Positions 37,239-49,891 are shown, numbered from the stretch's first letter. The stretch is 64,000 nucleotides of DNA from Folioceros fuciformis (GCA_049999805.1 JBNGIO010006037.1:62001-126000); one strand, 5' to 3'. The notes: generated from the letters alone by a model not told the origin. Program-made: numbers and translations.

Positions 37239-38786
37239 TCACTGCACGCGGCGATGATCCTGGCAGGCACAGTTGTTTGCACCCACCTCCTCAGCAACGC
37301 ATGACCCAATGACGTGGCCGTCGGGGGAACACCTGGCTCTGCTCTCGATCAGCTCAGCCAGGAACTTATCCAGCTTCTCCACATTCACGTTGGGCATGAC
37401 TACGGCGTGAGCAATTTTCCCTTGACAAGCTAGCTGCCATTTCCTCACAAAGGCCTCATCCTGCGGCCTCTCAAATACAACCGTGCTGCTCAACTCGTTG
37501 AGCATAGCTCCAACGCCAGCAGCCCGGAGACGGTCCTTGAGATAGTGGGCATTTCTAAGGCACCGTTGCACCTCCTTCTGAAATCCCCTGTAACCCTTCC
37601 GGTTCAACGTATACCAGAGGAAGATAGGAGCATGGCCGTTCCTGCTTCCCATGATTGTGGCATCCCGCGAGGCCAGATACTCCACATTCCTGGACAGAGC
37701 GTTGATGTGCTTCACCCTGGTAATCTGCACGCCACAAGGCATAGGACATCCCACAAACTTGTGTCCCGACACACTCACGCTCCCGATCGGCTTCTTGAAC
37801 GTCACCTTCGGAGCTTTCCTCACGAAAGGCATCATGAGGCCAAACAGAGCTCCGTCGCAGTGAATGTAAAATCGGTCTTCCGTGAACCCGGCGTCCTTGA
37901 GCGTCTGAATTACCAGATCCAAGTCGTCCACGGCTCCCTTCACGGTGGTCCCAATGTTGACGTTGATGATGGCGGGCCGGTCCTTCCGCGTCTCCAATTG
38001 ACAGGCAAAGTCCGCACAATCAATCTCCCCCGACACCAGCGTCCTCACCTTCACGCTCTCCATCCTATACATCCTGGCGGCCTTGAACACAGAATAGTGC
38101 GAATCACTGGACGAGTACAGGATCCCATCCGGAAAAACCTCCCTCCCGACAAGGATGCCGTGCAGGTTCCCCTCCGTTCCGCAGTTGGTAATGTACCCCC
38201 AGTACTCGTCCTTCTCCAGCTCCCACAGCCGCGCAAACCAGTCCAAAACCCCAACCTCAAACTGTCGGGAGTGCACACCGTAGTTGCTCTCAATGAACGG
38301 GTCCCCTAGGTTATTGATGGAGAAATGCTGCAGCTGCGAGAGCGCGCCGTAGTCGAAATCCAGGTTGTAGGGATATCCAAGATGGTACTTGGTCCTGTCC
38401 ACCAATGTCCGCCTATACCGCGCCAGAACCCCCGCCATGTACGCTTCCTTCTCCCCGGTGATCTCATCGTCCGCCTCCGGCTCCGTGATGCTGAAGTAGT
38501 CGTCATGCAGGTTCCTCCCGAGCACCATTGCAGGCTCAGCCGCGGCCGCACCAACCGCAGCCTGCACCGCGGGCGCCACCTTCCCGTCCTCCTCGTCCGA
38601 CGTGCTGTCAGAGCTAGTTCCCCCCTCGTCCACAGCAGGCGCAACCACCGCCCGACGAAGCTGGTACAGCGGGATTTCCTCCGGCAAGCTCTCCGCCACC
38701 AGCGTCCCGCCGATCGCGACTGCGGGATCCCCCGCAGAGCCCTTCCCGGTTCCCACCACCACCGGCTCCCCCACCGCGCTCACCAT
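37239..38786 (-). CDS. SDC: Serine decarboxylase (group II PLP decarboxylase), intronless
   Basis: '[15 protein letters not shown]', '[18 protein letters not shown]', '[11 protein letters not shown]', 'IHCDGALFG', PLP-lysine motif '[15 protein letters not shown]'. Confidence 0.96.
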   Translation of the reverse strand: MVSAVGEPVVVGTGKGSAGDPAVAIGGTLVAESLPEEIPLYQLRRAVVAPAVDEGGTSSDSTSDEEDGKVAPAVQAAVGAAAAEPAMVLGRNLHDDYFSITEPEADDEITGEKEAYMAGVLARYRRTLVDRTKYHLGYPYNLDFDYGALSQLQHFSINNLGDPFIESNYGVHSRQFEVGVLDWFARLWELEKDEYWGYITNCGTEGNLHGILVGREVFPDGILYSSSDSHYSVFKAARMYRMESVKVRTLVSGEIDCADFACQLETRKDRPAIINVNIGTTVKGAVDDLDLVIQTLKDAGFTEDRFYIHCDGALFGLMMPFVRKAPKVTFKKPIGSVSVSGHKFVGCPMPCGVQITRVKHINALSRNVEYLASRDATIMGSRNGHAPIFLWYTLNRKGYRGFQKEVQRCLRNAHYLKDRLRAAGVGAMLNELSSTVVFERPQDEAFVRKWQLACQGKIAHAVVMPNVNVEKLDKFLAELIESRARCSPDGHVIGSCVAEEVGANNCACQDHRRVQ

Positions 38787-39839
38787 GTCGCCAACAGCGA
38801 GACACCAAGGTTGCAACCGAGAACTGCGAGCCTCCAAGAAAATGGCGCTCCTCCCTGACCCCCTCCGGCCCTTGCCTGCCTCCTTATGCCTGACGCCCTG
38901 ACCCCGTGAGGTGGCACGCCAAGGAAGAGCTCCCGCCGCGAATCTGCCCCCTCCACGCAAGCACCCTAAACGCGCAGATTCACCGACACGCACACACTAG
39001 AATCTGAATCCTCTGTCCCCGTAAATTAACCAACCAGAGCCTAATGTGCTGGCATTTTATTGCCAGCAGCCATTGATACAAAGCAGCCCATTTATTTCTC
39101 CTGCCTCTTCACGACTCCGTTAGCTAAGTCAATGAACGGTAACGGGAACCGGAACCGGAAGCGTTTAACACGAAATGCGACAGACGGGGTTTTCTCTCTA
39201 TAATATTTTAATATTATTTTAGATGTACGATCGAGTCATTTATTTTATATTTTATACTCTAATATTCTCAAGTGTTCTTTCCTTCCAAAATACGTGTCAA
39301 GCCATGTTGATTCATTAGGGTATCTAATTAATCAAATAGATATAATTAGGTTAATCAATTGTATGTAATTACTATATAATTAGGTAGATGAGGGATAGCC
39401 AGGTACGGAACGCGTGACCCATTTAGGGTTCAGAACCATCATTTTGCGAAATGGTGGAGAGGTTTCGAGCGTGGGCGGCATGGCGACGATGGAGAAGAGG
39501 AGGACTGGGGGTAACGGCCAGAAGCAGCGTGACAAATAAGTGCCGACCTTCTAGGCTCAGTCCCGCAATTATTAGAAGTTCTCTCGTTGAGCCTAAGCCT
39601 GCGGTCAAGGTAGCTAGCCAAAGGAACTGCCTGTGAATCCACTGCTCAAAAATCAGAGTGAAAGCATTGATGGGTTGCATTGCGGTGTGAGCATATGTGA
39701 CTAGCAATCTGAGCGTGCCACGCCGGGGCTAGGTGGAGAACTTACTACGACTCGCAAACCCAGCCATTGTCCCTGTAGGATCGAGATCTGGCTGACAAAC
39801 CCCGGAGCTCAGGAAGGCAAGTTCACAAGTGTCATGGTG

Positions 39840-40030
39840 CTCCGTCGCGGGCATCAGCACGACGTCGGTGAACGACAGCGCTGGACGGTGAGCTAAGGCA
39901 CTCAGCTCAAGTGTCAGGGGAATTCCAGCAAGCTGTAGTGTCCCGTCGCGGGCATCAGGGTAGCGCTAGTGCCGGACAGTGAGCTGAGGCACTCAGCTCA
40001 AGCGACAAAGGAATCCCAGCAAGCTGTGTG
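39840..40030. repeat. Imperfect direct repeat, two copies of ~90-100 bp
   Basis: ccgtcgcgggcatcag, gtgagct(a/g)aggcactcagctcaag and ggaat(t/c)ccagcaagctgt each occur twice in the same order; ctggatcgtgcagctgagcct also recurs at ~40140 and ~40510. Confidence 0.8.
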
Positions 40031-41579
40031 ACCCATTGCAAGCGCCTGGGCAGCGTCGGTGCATGGAGGTGCTGAGCAGCGGGCTGGTGGACAACGGCGG
40101 ATGGACGTGTGCGTGAGTGCCTGGACCTCAATGGTGCGACTGGATCGTGCAGCTGAGCCTAGAAAGACTCAATGAGCGCAAGCTGAGGCTGCCCATGGAC
40201 TCGAATTGACTGTGGGGAAGGCCCGCTCACGGAGCTGAGGAGGTGACTGTACAGTTTGTGATCTATAAGGGGAGGACACCCAGGTGAGCCTGAACCTGTC
40301 CAGTCGTGAGCTGGAGCCAGGGATCGGCAAATCGTCTATGTGCACGCAAGGCCATCGTTGCTGCTTTCGGGACTGAGGAGCCGGGATCATGACACCGTGC
40401 TTGGATTTCGACGAGGTGCTTGGATTGTGACACTGTGCCTAGCTCATGGCGTGGTGCCTGATCGCAAAGTTGTACTTGGACTATGACACTGTGCCTGAAC
40501 CTCAACGCACTGGATCGTGCAGCTGAGCCTGGATCGTAGCGCTGGCCTGGCCTGGGCAGGCTGTAAGCAGGGGAGGGGACTTGAGCCACTAACAAAGCTG
40601 TGAGGCGGGGACAAGCACTGCCAACGTTGATTATGGAGGACACCACCGGGATCCGAATCAACACTTGCGAGGCTTTCGTGGGGACACCGACATAGGTAGT
40701 AATGTGTGTTGGACGATTGAGGGTTAGTCAGTTGATACAGACAATTGCTCTGGCTGGACATCACTGGAACATGTCGTGAGGTTGTGTGATGACGTTTTTG
40801 TATGAGATGCTGATTAGGACTGGTAAGGACAACTATTTTGTTTTTGATGGACATCCCATTTGCCTTACGGTCACGTTTATGACCACTAGACTAGCTAGAA
40901 AGTGAGTGCTCAGAATTTGCCTTATTCACACAATCTTGTTGATTGTTAGTCAACTGATCAGGTTGACGCTGTTTAGCACGGCATACGGTCATCTATGTAT
41001 TCTTCTCATAAAGACATTAGGAATGTGTAATGGAATCCCTAATAGAATATTTTCTATTATTGAAAAAAATGAAAAGTCTCATCTACTCCAAAGATTAGAA
41101 AAATCTATGGAATACCGGTACGGTCACCTTATCTTTGACTCAAAACTTTTGCTTGGTCGTATACAATTCAAATTTTTGGACATCACAAATCTGCCTCCTT
41201 CGGTCGTAGGGCGCTATCTAGGCGTACTTATGGGGACAATCCAAGGTGTGTCATAACGTTTTCTCCCTCACACGTCTTAGTCTCACTCACAGTCATTCCC
41301 TTTCCTTTTTGTTAGGGTTTGCAGTTCAGCATCCATCCTCAAGATGTGAGGTCCATAGCGAACCTAGCAACAGTTATGAACCTCGTAGCATTTAGCCTTG
41401 CGTGCACATGTTTCCTCGCCTCGAGATACAAGGTTCATAACGAACCTCCGCAGCAACTATGAACCTCATAACATTCAGCATTATGTGCACATGTCGCTCT
41501 CACCTACATGCACACCCCTAATTGGCCTCAGGTTCATTTCTAGGTATTCGCCACTCCACTCTACAACCTACTGAAGGGG

Positions 41580-42090
41580 ATAGCAGACGTCCTTTCTGCC
41601 TTATAGTAGACGTCCCTTCCGTTACTTTCAACAGACGTCCCTTCCCCCTTGTAGTAGACATCTCTTTCGCCCCTTTCGTGCCTTTTAGCAGACATCCCTT
41701 CCGTGCCTTCCTCGCTATGCAATTAGGGTTTATAGAGATCCCTTCCATGCCTTTCAGTAGACATTCCTTCAGTGCCTTTTAGCAGACATCCCTTCCACGC
41801 CGTCCTCGCTATGCAATTACGTTCAGCAAACATCCCTTCTATGCCTTTTAGGAGACGTCCCTTCCATGCCCTCCTCACTGTGCAATTAGGTTCAGCAAAC
41901 ATCCCTTCCGCACCGTCCTCGCTATGCAATTAGGTTCAGCAAATGTCCCTTCCTCATCGTCCTCGCTATGCAATTAGGTTCAACAGACATCCCTTCTACG
42001 CCGTCCTCGCTATGCAATTAGGTTCAGCAGACATTCCTTCCGTCCCTTTCAATAGACATCTCTTCTGGGCCTTCCTTGCTATGCCATTAG
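41580..42090. repeat. Composite minisatellite of ~25-bp and 44-bp units
   Basis: ctcgctatgcaattaggttcagca-like core at 41874, 41918, 41962 and 42006 (44-bp period), interleaved with agcagacatcccttccgtgcctttt-like 25-mers. Confidence 0.9.
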
Positions 42091-43363
42091 GTGGAGGTGA
42101 AGAGAAGGACAAGGGTATATAAGTACGAAAGCAGGTTTGCACAACCTTAGTGGGGAATGAAATGTTCACCTTTATTTCACAGCCCATGAGAGTAAGGCAA
42201 AGTTATGAAGGGTCTCACCCCACAGCACGCACACCCCAAAGGCACTAGACAGATCCCCCATTACTGCACAGAGCAAAGGAGGCAAATGCCTGACCATGCC
42301 CATGGAGGGTCTCTGCAGGCTAGAGGGAAGGAGGCGGAGGGTGGCAGGTCCATCATGTGTGCAGGGTAAACCCTCCTCCTCCTTCATGATGTCCCTCCTC
42401 ATAGTTGATCACCCTGCGATGTATATAAACCTGATGTCCCCATGATGCATGTAAACCTAATGTCCCCGCAATGCATGTAAACCCTTGGCGATGCAAAGAC
42501 AACAGTGTTTTTTTCCAATGTGTCGAAGTCATGCTTATAAACATGCCAATGTCGTGCAAGAGCCTTGAAAAAAACTTGTGTCCTCATCGGCCCACAAGCT
42601 ATATACATAGGAAAAAATATGGTGTACTATACTGAGGTGGGTCCCGTGATGTAGGCATGTACATTAACGAGCATCTGGACTAGATTTTGAGATATATTCC
42701 TGTATGAAGTATGTATTTGGGAAGGAAAAAAAAGGGGTCTACCACTGTTCTAACCATTGTTCGGCCTATAAGAACCTCATAGTTAAGCGCTCTACAATGC
42801 AATCAAGACTCGGATGGGGTACCTAGAGAGGAATGCCTCTGGTGCTAGTAGCCTAAGTTTAGGACATGGAGCAAGTTACCTGGAGTACCCAGTCCCATGG
42901 CGGCATGTCCGTTGCTAGTGGAATTAATAAATTATTATTGTTATAACAATATTCCATATAAATCTAGTCCAAAGATTGAAAAAACAACCCAAACAGATCC
43001 AAAGCGGAAAAGAGTACTAAGCCAAAGCGAAAAAGAGTATTAACCCACTTACCTCCTTGGAACATCTCCTTCGAACATCATTGTCAAAAACTAGCTATGC
43101 TTCGTCGAATCCCTAATAGCTCCTTACTTGGTCTTGGTCCAGACATTTAAATTTTCGGAAGAAACAGGCGAATTAAGAAAGTGCATTTTCTTAGCGCGTT
43201 TTACGAATCGCTACACGGGTGACGGAAATGCGGCCGTGACGGGAACCGTTTCCCGGGGAACTGTCCAGGACCGCGCGACGGGCATGACACGCTCGTGGAA
43301 GCTCGCAGCTCGGTAGGAATATATTCCAGCTGCACATTGTCTCCTGGACGCGTCCTTGGCATT

Positions 43364-45406
43364 ATGGCAGCAGCACTTGCATGTCGGGCCTCGGGGCGCC
43401 TATTGTTGCCGAGCTGCAGTTTAGGTTTGGGTGGGGCGACGAACCAGGCGGACTACAGCAATCTTGCCTTCAATGTACGTTTCTCGGGGGCTGCTGTGCC
43501 CTTGAAGGTTGTTTTTCGTGTCGTTGCGGGGAGAGAGCCCATGTGGAAACGCGGAGTTGTTGTCTCTCAACTGGGGGTGAAGGAAAGGAATGATCAGACG
43601 GCTTCTGTGGAGGTGGGCCAGGTAAGTGGCTACAAGATTGGGCAGAGTTCTGGATGGAGGAACTTCTTCATTTCACACTATGTTGTGGATTTCAGCTCAT
43701 TCGCACTGGTGGCTCATACGTGCAATTGTGTTGATGCTGCTGCAGCGAACTCTCTCCTTCGTCAAGTACCAGGGTCTTGGTAACGACTTTTTATTGGTGA
43801 GCCACCGGTGCTACTGATGGTAGGTGGCTTTGTAACCGATGGTATGGATGGTCAACTGGAGGGCATTTTGTTACAGGTGGACAATCGTGATAGCTTGGAG
43901 CCGAAGATCTCAGAAGCACAAGCCGTTAAGCTGTGTGATCGTAACTTCGGAGTCGGTGGAGATGGGGTCATTTTTGTAATGCCTGGGGTGAATGGAAGTG
44001 ATTACTCCATGCGAATCTTCAATTCTGATGGCAGTGAGCCTGAGGTTGTATTCCTGATTTGACTCACTGTTTTTCCTTCAAGCGATTGTTATTCGTTGCC
44101 AGTCATTGTGAAAGGGCTAACATGGGCTGGATTGTTTAGATGTGTGGCAATGGGATTCGGTGTTTGGCTCGATTTGTCGCCGAGCTGGAGAACACAACTG
44201 AATCTCGAAGGTGCAGCTTTGGGCTCTTAAATCAAGGGCATCTACTTTGGATGCTCAGTGGCATCGAAGTCACCTTCACCCGTGAGCAATGCAACTGATT
44301 GAGTGCTGTTGCGGTTATGGATGCAGCTATACTATACATACTCTAGGTGGCCCGATGATTCCTCAGTTAAGAGAAGGTGGTCAGGTATTTTGATACTGCA
44401 AAGTTTTGGATGAACTTGTTTGGATTGCTAGGGTTTAGGCGTTTCAGTGCAATCCTATGAGGGCGGACCACTTATCACTTCAAGATGTCTGTCCAATAGG
44501 TCTCTGTGGATATGGGGCCACCTATTCTCAATCCAGCTGACATCCCTACCAAACTCTCTGCAAACAAAGATGGCGCAGTTGTTCAAGCGCCTTTGGTGGT
44601 GGCAGGCAAGACATGGAGTGTGACTTGTGTCAGCATGGGAAATCCCCACTGTGTGACTTACGGCGAGCAAGGTGTAGAGGTATTTCCAGTTTACCTGGAA
44701 AGCCTATCGGAGGTTATTTGGTGAACAGGATCGTAGTATGTGGTTTTGTCTGACTTGTGTTGCTGGTGCTGCGCAGGGTCTTGATATTGATGCTTTGCCG
44801 CTGGCAGAAATTGGTCCACTCTTTGAAAAACACGAGGCTTTTCCAGCAAGAACTAATACCCGTGTGGACACTCACCAGACACTCACGTCTATACTTTGTG
44901 CCGTTTTCCTTTGCGTAAGCGGCTAAGAGCTTATGCAATCTTCTTTTGTTAGCAGACTTTGTACAAGTTCGTTCACGGTCACATGTGCGAATGCGGGTGT
45001 GGGAGAGAGGAGCAGGTTAGGCATTCACTTTCATCTGACATGAGCTTTAGAAGGAGGTCGATACTATCTTGGCCCTGAGGCCCTTGCCTTGTCACAATGG
45101 TTGTACAGGGCCTACTTTAGCATGTGGTACGGGTGCCTGTGCGCTTGTGGTCGCAGGAGTGCTGGAAGGCCGCATTGACAGGGTAAGGCAGTCGCAGTCG
45201 GATAGACTGCATGTGGGTGCCTGAAGCTGATGCATGTGGCACTGGACTGTTTGATGCCGTATCTGATTTCCTTCCATTCTTTTCGGCAGAAATGCACCGT
45301 CGATTTGCCTGGAGGGCCCTTGGAAATTGATTGGAGGAAGGAGGACAATCATGTGTACATGACAGGACCTGCAACAGCTGTGTTCGCCGGCAAAGCTTTT
45401 CTATAA
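43364..45406 (+). CDS. DAPF: Plastid diaminopimelate epimerase, multi-exon
   Basis: Transit-peptide-like N-terminus; '[11 protein letters not shown]', '[12 protein letters not shown]', '[14 protein letters not shown]', '[10 protein letters not shown]', 'RVWERGAG', '[10 protein letters not shown]', 'VYMTGPA'. Confidence 0.96.
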
Positions 45407-46029
45407 TTGCCTTTGTCGACAGTCCTATCCGCTTGATGCTGAATTGTTGATGGGAAGCTTACACTTCTCAATTTTTTCTCACATCTGTGGTGATCTTTTC
45501 ACAAAACCGTTTAAGGAATGTTTAGGACTGTCATTTGTGTTCAATGGGAAGGCTGAAGTTTCAGTCAGTCCGTAGTCGGGGAGTAGTGGAGGGTTTAGCC
45601 GTCCGACCTTGGAAAACCTGTCCATGTGACCTGGTTGGCTTTTTGCTCCACATTGCGTATCTCTGAGGAACTGCGGGCAAGGATGTTTGTTGAGCAGGAC
45701 AGTCACCGGCTGTATCACCTGTTATATAGTGAGTGGATTGATTTTATATAGCCAAGGGGAAGCAATTAGACGTTGAGTTGTAAGTGGCACGTACTGTTGA
45801 AATGTGTGGTGTTTGCCCAACTCTTGGACAGCTCCGCTTCATTTCTGTAGAATCTGTTGCGCCACAAGCATTCTTCTCTACTGAGTAACCAGCTAGGAAG
45901 ATGTGTTTTATACAATGCAGTAGGCTGTCCGCTGACCTGTTGGACTCGAGAATTCTTCATGTGGTGGAACAGCTCTGGAGAAACCTGGGCAGTCGGCAGT
46001 GCAGCATGCACCGTATGAATGCGTTGGTT

Positions 46030-48213
46030 TTACACAATGAAGTCGTAGCCTTCGTCCTTCATGCTGGCTTTTGCAGCTTGGAGAAAGTTCTGTAATGCAT
46101 GGAGCCTCGAGTCAACGTCCAGCCCTGCTGTACCCCGGGTTACATGGTTGCTTGGTGTTTTCTGCTCCGGCACCTCTGTTCCCATCTGTTCCTCCTCAGG
46201 AATTGGCAGTGCAGGGAGGGTGGCGTGGAGCATGTCATCGAAGTTGCTAACACCCTCCTTCTCCTTCTTGGCAAAGGTTGCAAGCCTTTCTTCCACTTCC
46301 TGCAAGACTTTGAGAGGGGAGTTGGGGTCATTGGAGGGAGCTGGAGCAGTTTGCTTGATGTCAGGACTGCGCTGCCTGGGACGCGGACTCAAGACTGCTG
46401 CTTTGGCGTCTACGCTATGGGTTTCCGCACTGTGTCTCGTCTTCACATATTCTGCCAACTTCCTTGGGCTCATTGACGTGAGGTTCCTTGGTTCTGTAAG
46501 TGTTGTTCTCTGTCCCTGCTCCGCATCAGGATCCGATTCGTCCTTATTATCAGGTCGAGGCGGAATTCTGATTGGAACTCGGCCACCTTGTGATCCTTGC
46601 GGCGGTCGCTCACTGGGGGTTCTCGCTCTTGGCGACAGGGAATCCCTGGAAAACGGCCTTGTACTAGCTGCCGCAGACGTCATAGCATTCGCTGCCAGAT
46701 ACGCATCATAAGGTGACGCGCCTCTGGAGACGTTCCGTGTGCTAGATACACCTCGAGGAGAGTTCTCCCTGGTGGAGAAAGCAGATGTTTGTCGGCTGCT
46801 CCCAGCACTCTGTTGAAGGTATCGCTGCACAAGATGAGGAGGCGAAGTGTATCTGAATGCGTTGTCCCTGTCTCTTGGTGAAATTCCACTCCTTGGGGAA
46901 ATGGTCCTGGCCTCAGAACCCATGTTCCTCCCCCGGGGCGTTTGAGACCTGGTGGATGATGCCGACTTGGCTCTCTCGGGCATCATCTTGCCTGCCCTGG
47001 GCGTTGTGTTTCGTGAAGGAAATGTGGACCTGGATCTCTCATAACTTCTCTTGGGGTTGAAGGAACGCCCGGGCTGCCGGCTGTGGCTCTGCAGCCTGGA
47101 TGCGTAGGGGGAAGGTCTCCGGCTGTTCCTTGCACTGGAGGCCGCAGAAGAACCCCAGTCCCCGGGCTGTGGAGAGGTGCTTCTGGTGGAGTGGTGAGGA
47201 GAGCGTGGCCGGCTGCCTCCATACAACGATGACACCCAGTCCGGTCGTCTGGAAACAGAGGAGGCAGGCGAGTCGGGGTCTGCTCTCAGCTGCTTCCTCA
47301 GGATGTCCACCGCATGCTCCATGTCTCGGATCTGTCCTCGCAACCTCCTCTCTGAAATTCTGGCAATCTTCACCTCATCCTGCAATGCCATCTTCTCTTT
47401 TGTAATGAGCAGAACAGAGTGCTTTTGATGCAATCTCTCCGCCTTAAACTCTTGCTGCAATTCCTCCATCCTCTTCCGCATGACCTGCATGTCCCGAGCA
47501 TGCAGCTTCTTCTCCTGGAGCTCTGATATCAGCAGCTGACATTTTTTCTTGTAAACGGCAAGGTCTCTGGCAAGCTTCTGCTTATCTTCGTTCAATCCGT
47601 CTGCATGTTTGCCGTGAGGTTGCACCCCGTCAGCGCAATTGCGACACCCTGTATGGCCGTGCGGGGTCGCAAAGTTCACCCTGCTCCTCAACTGTGCTTT
47701 CAGGTGCGCAATTTCCGCCCGCTGTCTCTTGACCGTCCTCTTCAAGGATTCGGCATCAGGATGCTCCTCAAACAGGAGGGGCAGGGGGTAATGCACCCTG
47801 TCGAACTCTCCATCGTAGGTGAGAATCAAATAGCGCTTGTTGTTTGCTATCAGCGGTATCTGCCCAGGCTCAGGAGATCTCCTATGCTTCAGCATCTCCA
47901 GATCCTGGTACGACAGAAGCTCCACAAAAACAGACTCCGATTCCTGCAGTATCGCAGACCGCAGCATGCTTACAAACACAGTGAACTTCTTGAAACTGCC
48001 CGTCTTCTGCGTGATGCCTTCTATGTAACGGGCCGTGAAGTCCCCCTTCCACAACAACCCGCTGTTCTTCTGCTCCACCTCCAGACACAGATGGTCTGCC
48101 ACCGTCACCGTCATGGTGAAGAAGTAGTGCTCGTTGTGGAACACCAGCTCCATCTCCAACTCGAAGTTACCTCCTTTGTCCATTTCCCTGGCACCTGTCA
48201 TGGTGGCCTTCAC
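46030..48213 (-). CDS. CCDC61: CCDC61/VFL3 centriole/basal-body protein, intronless
   Basis: Head domain 'WKGDFTARYIEGITQKTGSFKKFTVFVSML', 'ELLSYQDLEML', 'KRYLILTYDGEFDRVHYPLPL'; coiled coil; R/S/P-rich tail; C-terminal 'DVDSRLHALQNFL'. Confidence 0.92.
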   Translation of the reverse strand: MKATMTGAREMDKGGNFELEMELVFHNEHYFFTMTVTVADHLCLEVEQKNSGLLWKGDFTARYIEGITQKTGSFKKFTVFVSMLRSAILQESESVFVELLSYQDLEMLKHRRSPEPGQIPLIANNKRYLILTYDGEFDRVHYPLPLLFEEHPDAESLKRTVKRQRAEIAHLKAQLRSRVNFATPHGHTGCRNCADGVQPHGKHADGLNEDKQKLARDLAVYKKKCQLLISELQEKKLHARDMQVMRKRMEELQQEFKAERLHQKHSVLLITKEKMALQDEVKIARISERRLRGQIRDMEHAVDILRKQLRADPDSPASSVSRRPDWVSSLYGGSRPRSPHHSTRSTSPQPGDWGSSAASSARNSRRPSPYASRLQSHSRQPGRSFNPKRSYERSRSTFPSRNTTPRAGKMMPERAKSASSTRSQTPRGRNMGSEARTISPRSGISPRDRDNAFRYTSPPHLVQRYLQQSAGSSRQTSAFSTRENSPRGVSSTRNVSRGASPYDAYLAANAMTSAAASTRPFSRDSLSPRARTPSERPPQGSQGGRVPIRIPPRPDNKDESDPDAEQGQRTTLTEPRNLTSMSPRKLAEYVKTRHSAETHSVDAKAAVLSPRPRQRSPDIKQTAPAPSNDPNSPLKVLQEVEERLATFAKKEKEGVSNFDDMLHATLPALPIPEEEQMGTEVPEQKTPSNHVTRGTAGLDVDSRLHALQNFLQAAKASMKDEGYDFIV

Positions 48214-48744
48214 CTCACTTCATACAAATCCTTATGGATCTCTCGTGCCCATCACACATGGTATCGGGCACATGCAATCACAAGCAAGGTGCGATCGCGT
48301 TAAGCCAGATTCAGAACACGACGAGGAGGGAAGCTCAGGGAAACGGGTTGCCCTGCTTTGGTTCTCCTCAACGGCTACTGCGAGCAGGCCTGGCCTTCTG
48401 TCAGTTGTTCTGTTCAATGTCGCGTGGCACCCAAATGTGCGCGACTCTTTAACTGCCCCCTAACCGAACCCTTCTGCTTTCGTTGCCGGACGATACAGAT
48501 GGTTGTCTTGTGAATTTCGTGAAATGTGCAGTGTCCACTGCAGCCAAGCTCACGCAACACACAGGGAGACAACAAACCACACGAGGCAAAACGCTTACAA
48601 GCAAAGGTTTTGTACACAAGTTTACGGGCTGCATAGCTTCCAGCAGGATGAGACGTACAACAAATGCATGATGCTCCTAGATGCATACACTCGCCCCATT
48701 TAGACTGCCTTCACATCAATCTTACGAAACGAGCCACTGATACT

Positions 48745-49457
48745 TCAGCCATAGCATCGGATGGGGTCGTTGCACCCCTTAGCGGCTGATTGTTTGCTTC
48801 CACCCCGTCCACCCTTCTCCAGGTACTGTTGGTGGTAGTCTTCCGCAAGATAGAACTCTTTGGCCGGCAACACCTCGGTGGCAATCTTCTTCCCAATCCG
48901 CTTCTCCTCTTCCTTCAAGGACTCGTGCGCAAGCCGCTCCTGCTCAGGCGTGTGGAAGTAGATTCCCGACCTGTACTGCGATCCGACATCATTCCCCTGG
49001 AACAATGCACAACAGTGAGCACCTCGGGATGGTTTTCGCAAGCCATTGCAACAGAACGAGCAGGAGCAGAAACAAAGGGGACACCTGTCGATCGCGCTGC
49101 GTGGGATCATGCTTCTTCCAGAACACATCCAAGAGCTTCTCGTACGACACGTGCGCAGGATCGTAGGTGAGATGCACTGCTTCCACATGCCCAGTCAATC
49201 CTCCGCAGACGTCGTGGTAGCTCGGGTTCTTGGTGTGCCCCTGCGTGTACCCGACCGCCGTCTGCACAGGGACGACACCTCATCAGCGTGACAAGCAAGA
49301 GAAGAACTTGTGAGAACTCGCCACCTTCAATCTGCTGGGCCAAGATCCATCATCAATTCACCTTGGTCACGCCCGGAACCCGCTGGAAAGCAAGCTCCAC
49401 GCTCCAGAAGCAGCCGGCAGCGAAGGTAGCCTCGTGAGTCTGTCCGACAGGAGCCAT
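48745..49457 (-). CDS. MSRA: Peptide methionine sulfoxide reductase A, 3 exons (49457-49362, 49261-49085, 48996-48745)
   Basis: '[10 protein letters not shown]', 'TGHVEAV', '[22 protein letters not shown]', '[14 protein letters not shown]', plant-type '[10 protein letters not shown]'. Confidence 0.96.
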
Positions 49458-49891
49458 GATGCTCGAAATATGAGCTGAGGAAAGGGCGATTGCCAAGAGC
49501 AGACTTGAGAACAGAAACAAGCAGGAGGGCAAAGGAGAGCAAAGGAATGCACAATTGGCTTGGGTTGTCACCATCTTTATACAAGGATGCCTGACATGTG
49601 TCCTTCTCACTTCCTTCCGCGCCTGGTTCGCTGAATCTGCTAGGCTTCGCTTCTAGTAATGTGAGCCTCTAACTGTCATTTACCACGAGAGCGTCGAGGA
49701 AGGTGCACTTGGGGTCCACGATAACAACGCTACTGAAACGAAGAGGCACCTGAGTTGCAGACCCCCAATATTTGGTTGGAGTCGTTGACTACGTCGCATG
49801 ATGGACATTTGAGATCAAAATTTCCTATCTATGGAACAGTGCTATCGAGAGGGGAGCCTGAATAAGGCCGCATAAATGAACCTCACAACAG

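Larger units (their letters stand above)
39170..43120. mobile_element. Probable transposon-derived intergenic block, family undetermined
   Basis: About 4 kb with no credible ORF in an otherwise gene-dense window; alternating AT-rich and GC-rich tracts, internal direct repeats and a minisatellite. No TIR, LTR or TSD could be pinned down. Confidence 0.35.

Noticed and set aside
38787-38993. N-terminal extension of SDC in the ORF track
   Set aside because: GTG start in a GC-rich leader; the first ATG is at 38786.
41700-42050. CRISPR-like regularly spaced repeats
   Set aside because: The intervening sequences are copies of each other rather than unique spacers, the context is eukaryotic, and no cas genes are present.
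44845-44970. DapF reads TNTHFV rather than the usual plant TNTEFV across a splice junction
   Set aside because: It is a single substitution at a position that varies in DapF and depends on my splice call; both catalytic Cys motifs are intact.
46030-48213. NHEJ gene cluster (DNA-PKcs plus XRCC4-fold CCDC61)
   Set aside because: The genes are 33 kb apart with unrelated genes between them, and CCDC61 acts at centrioles.
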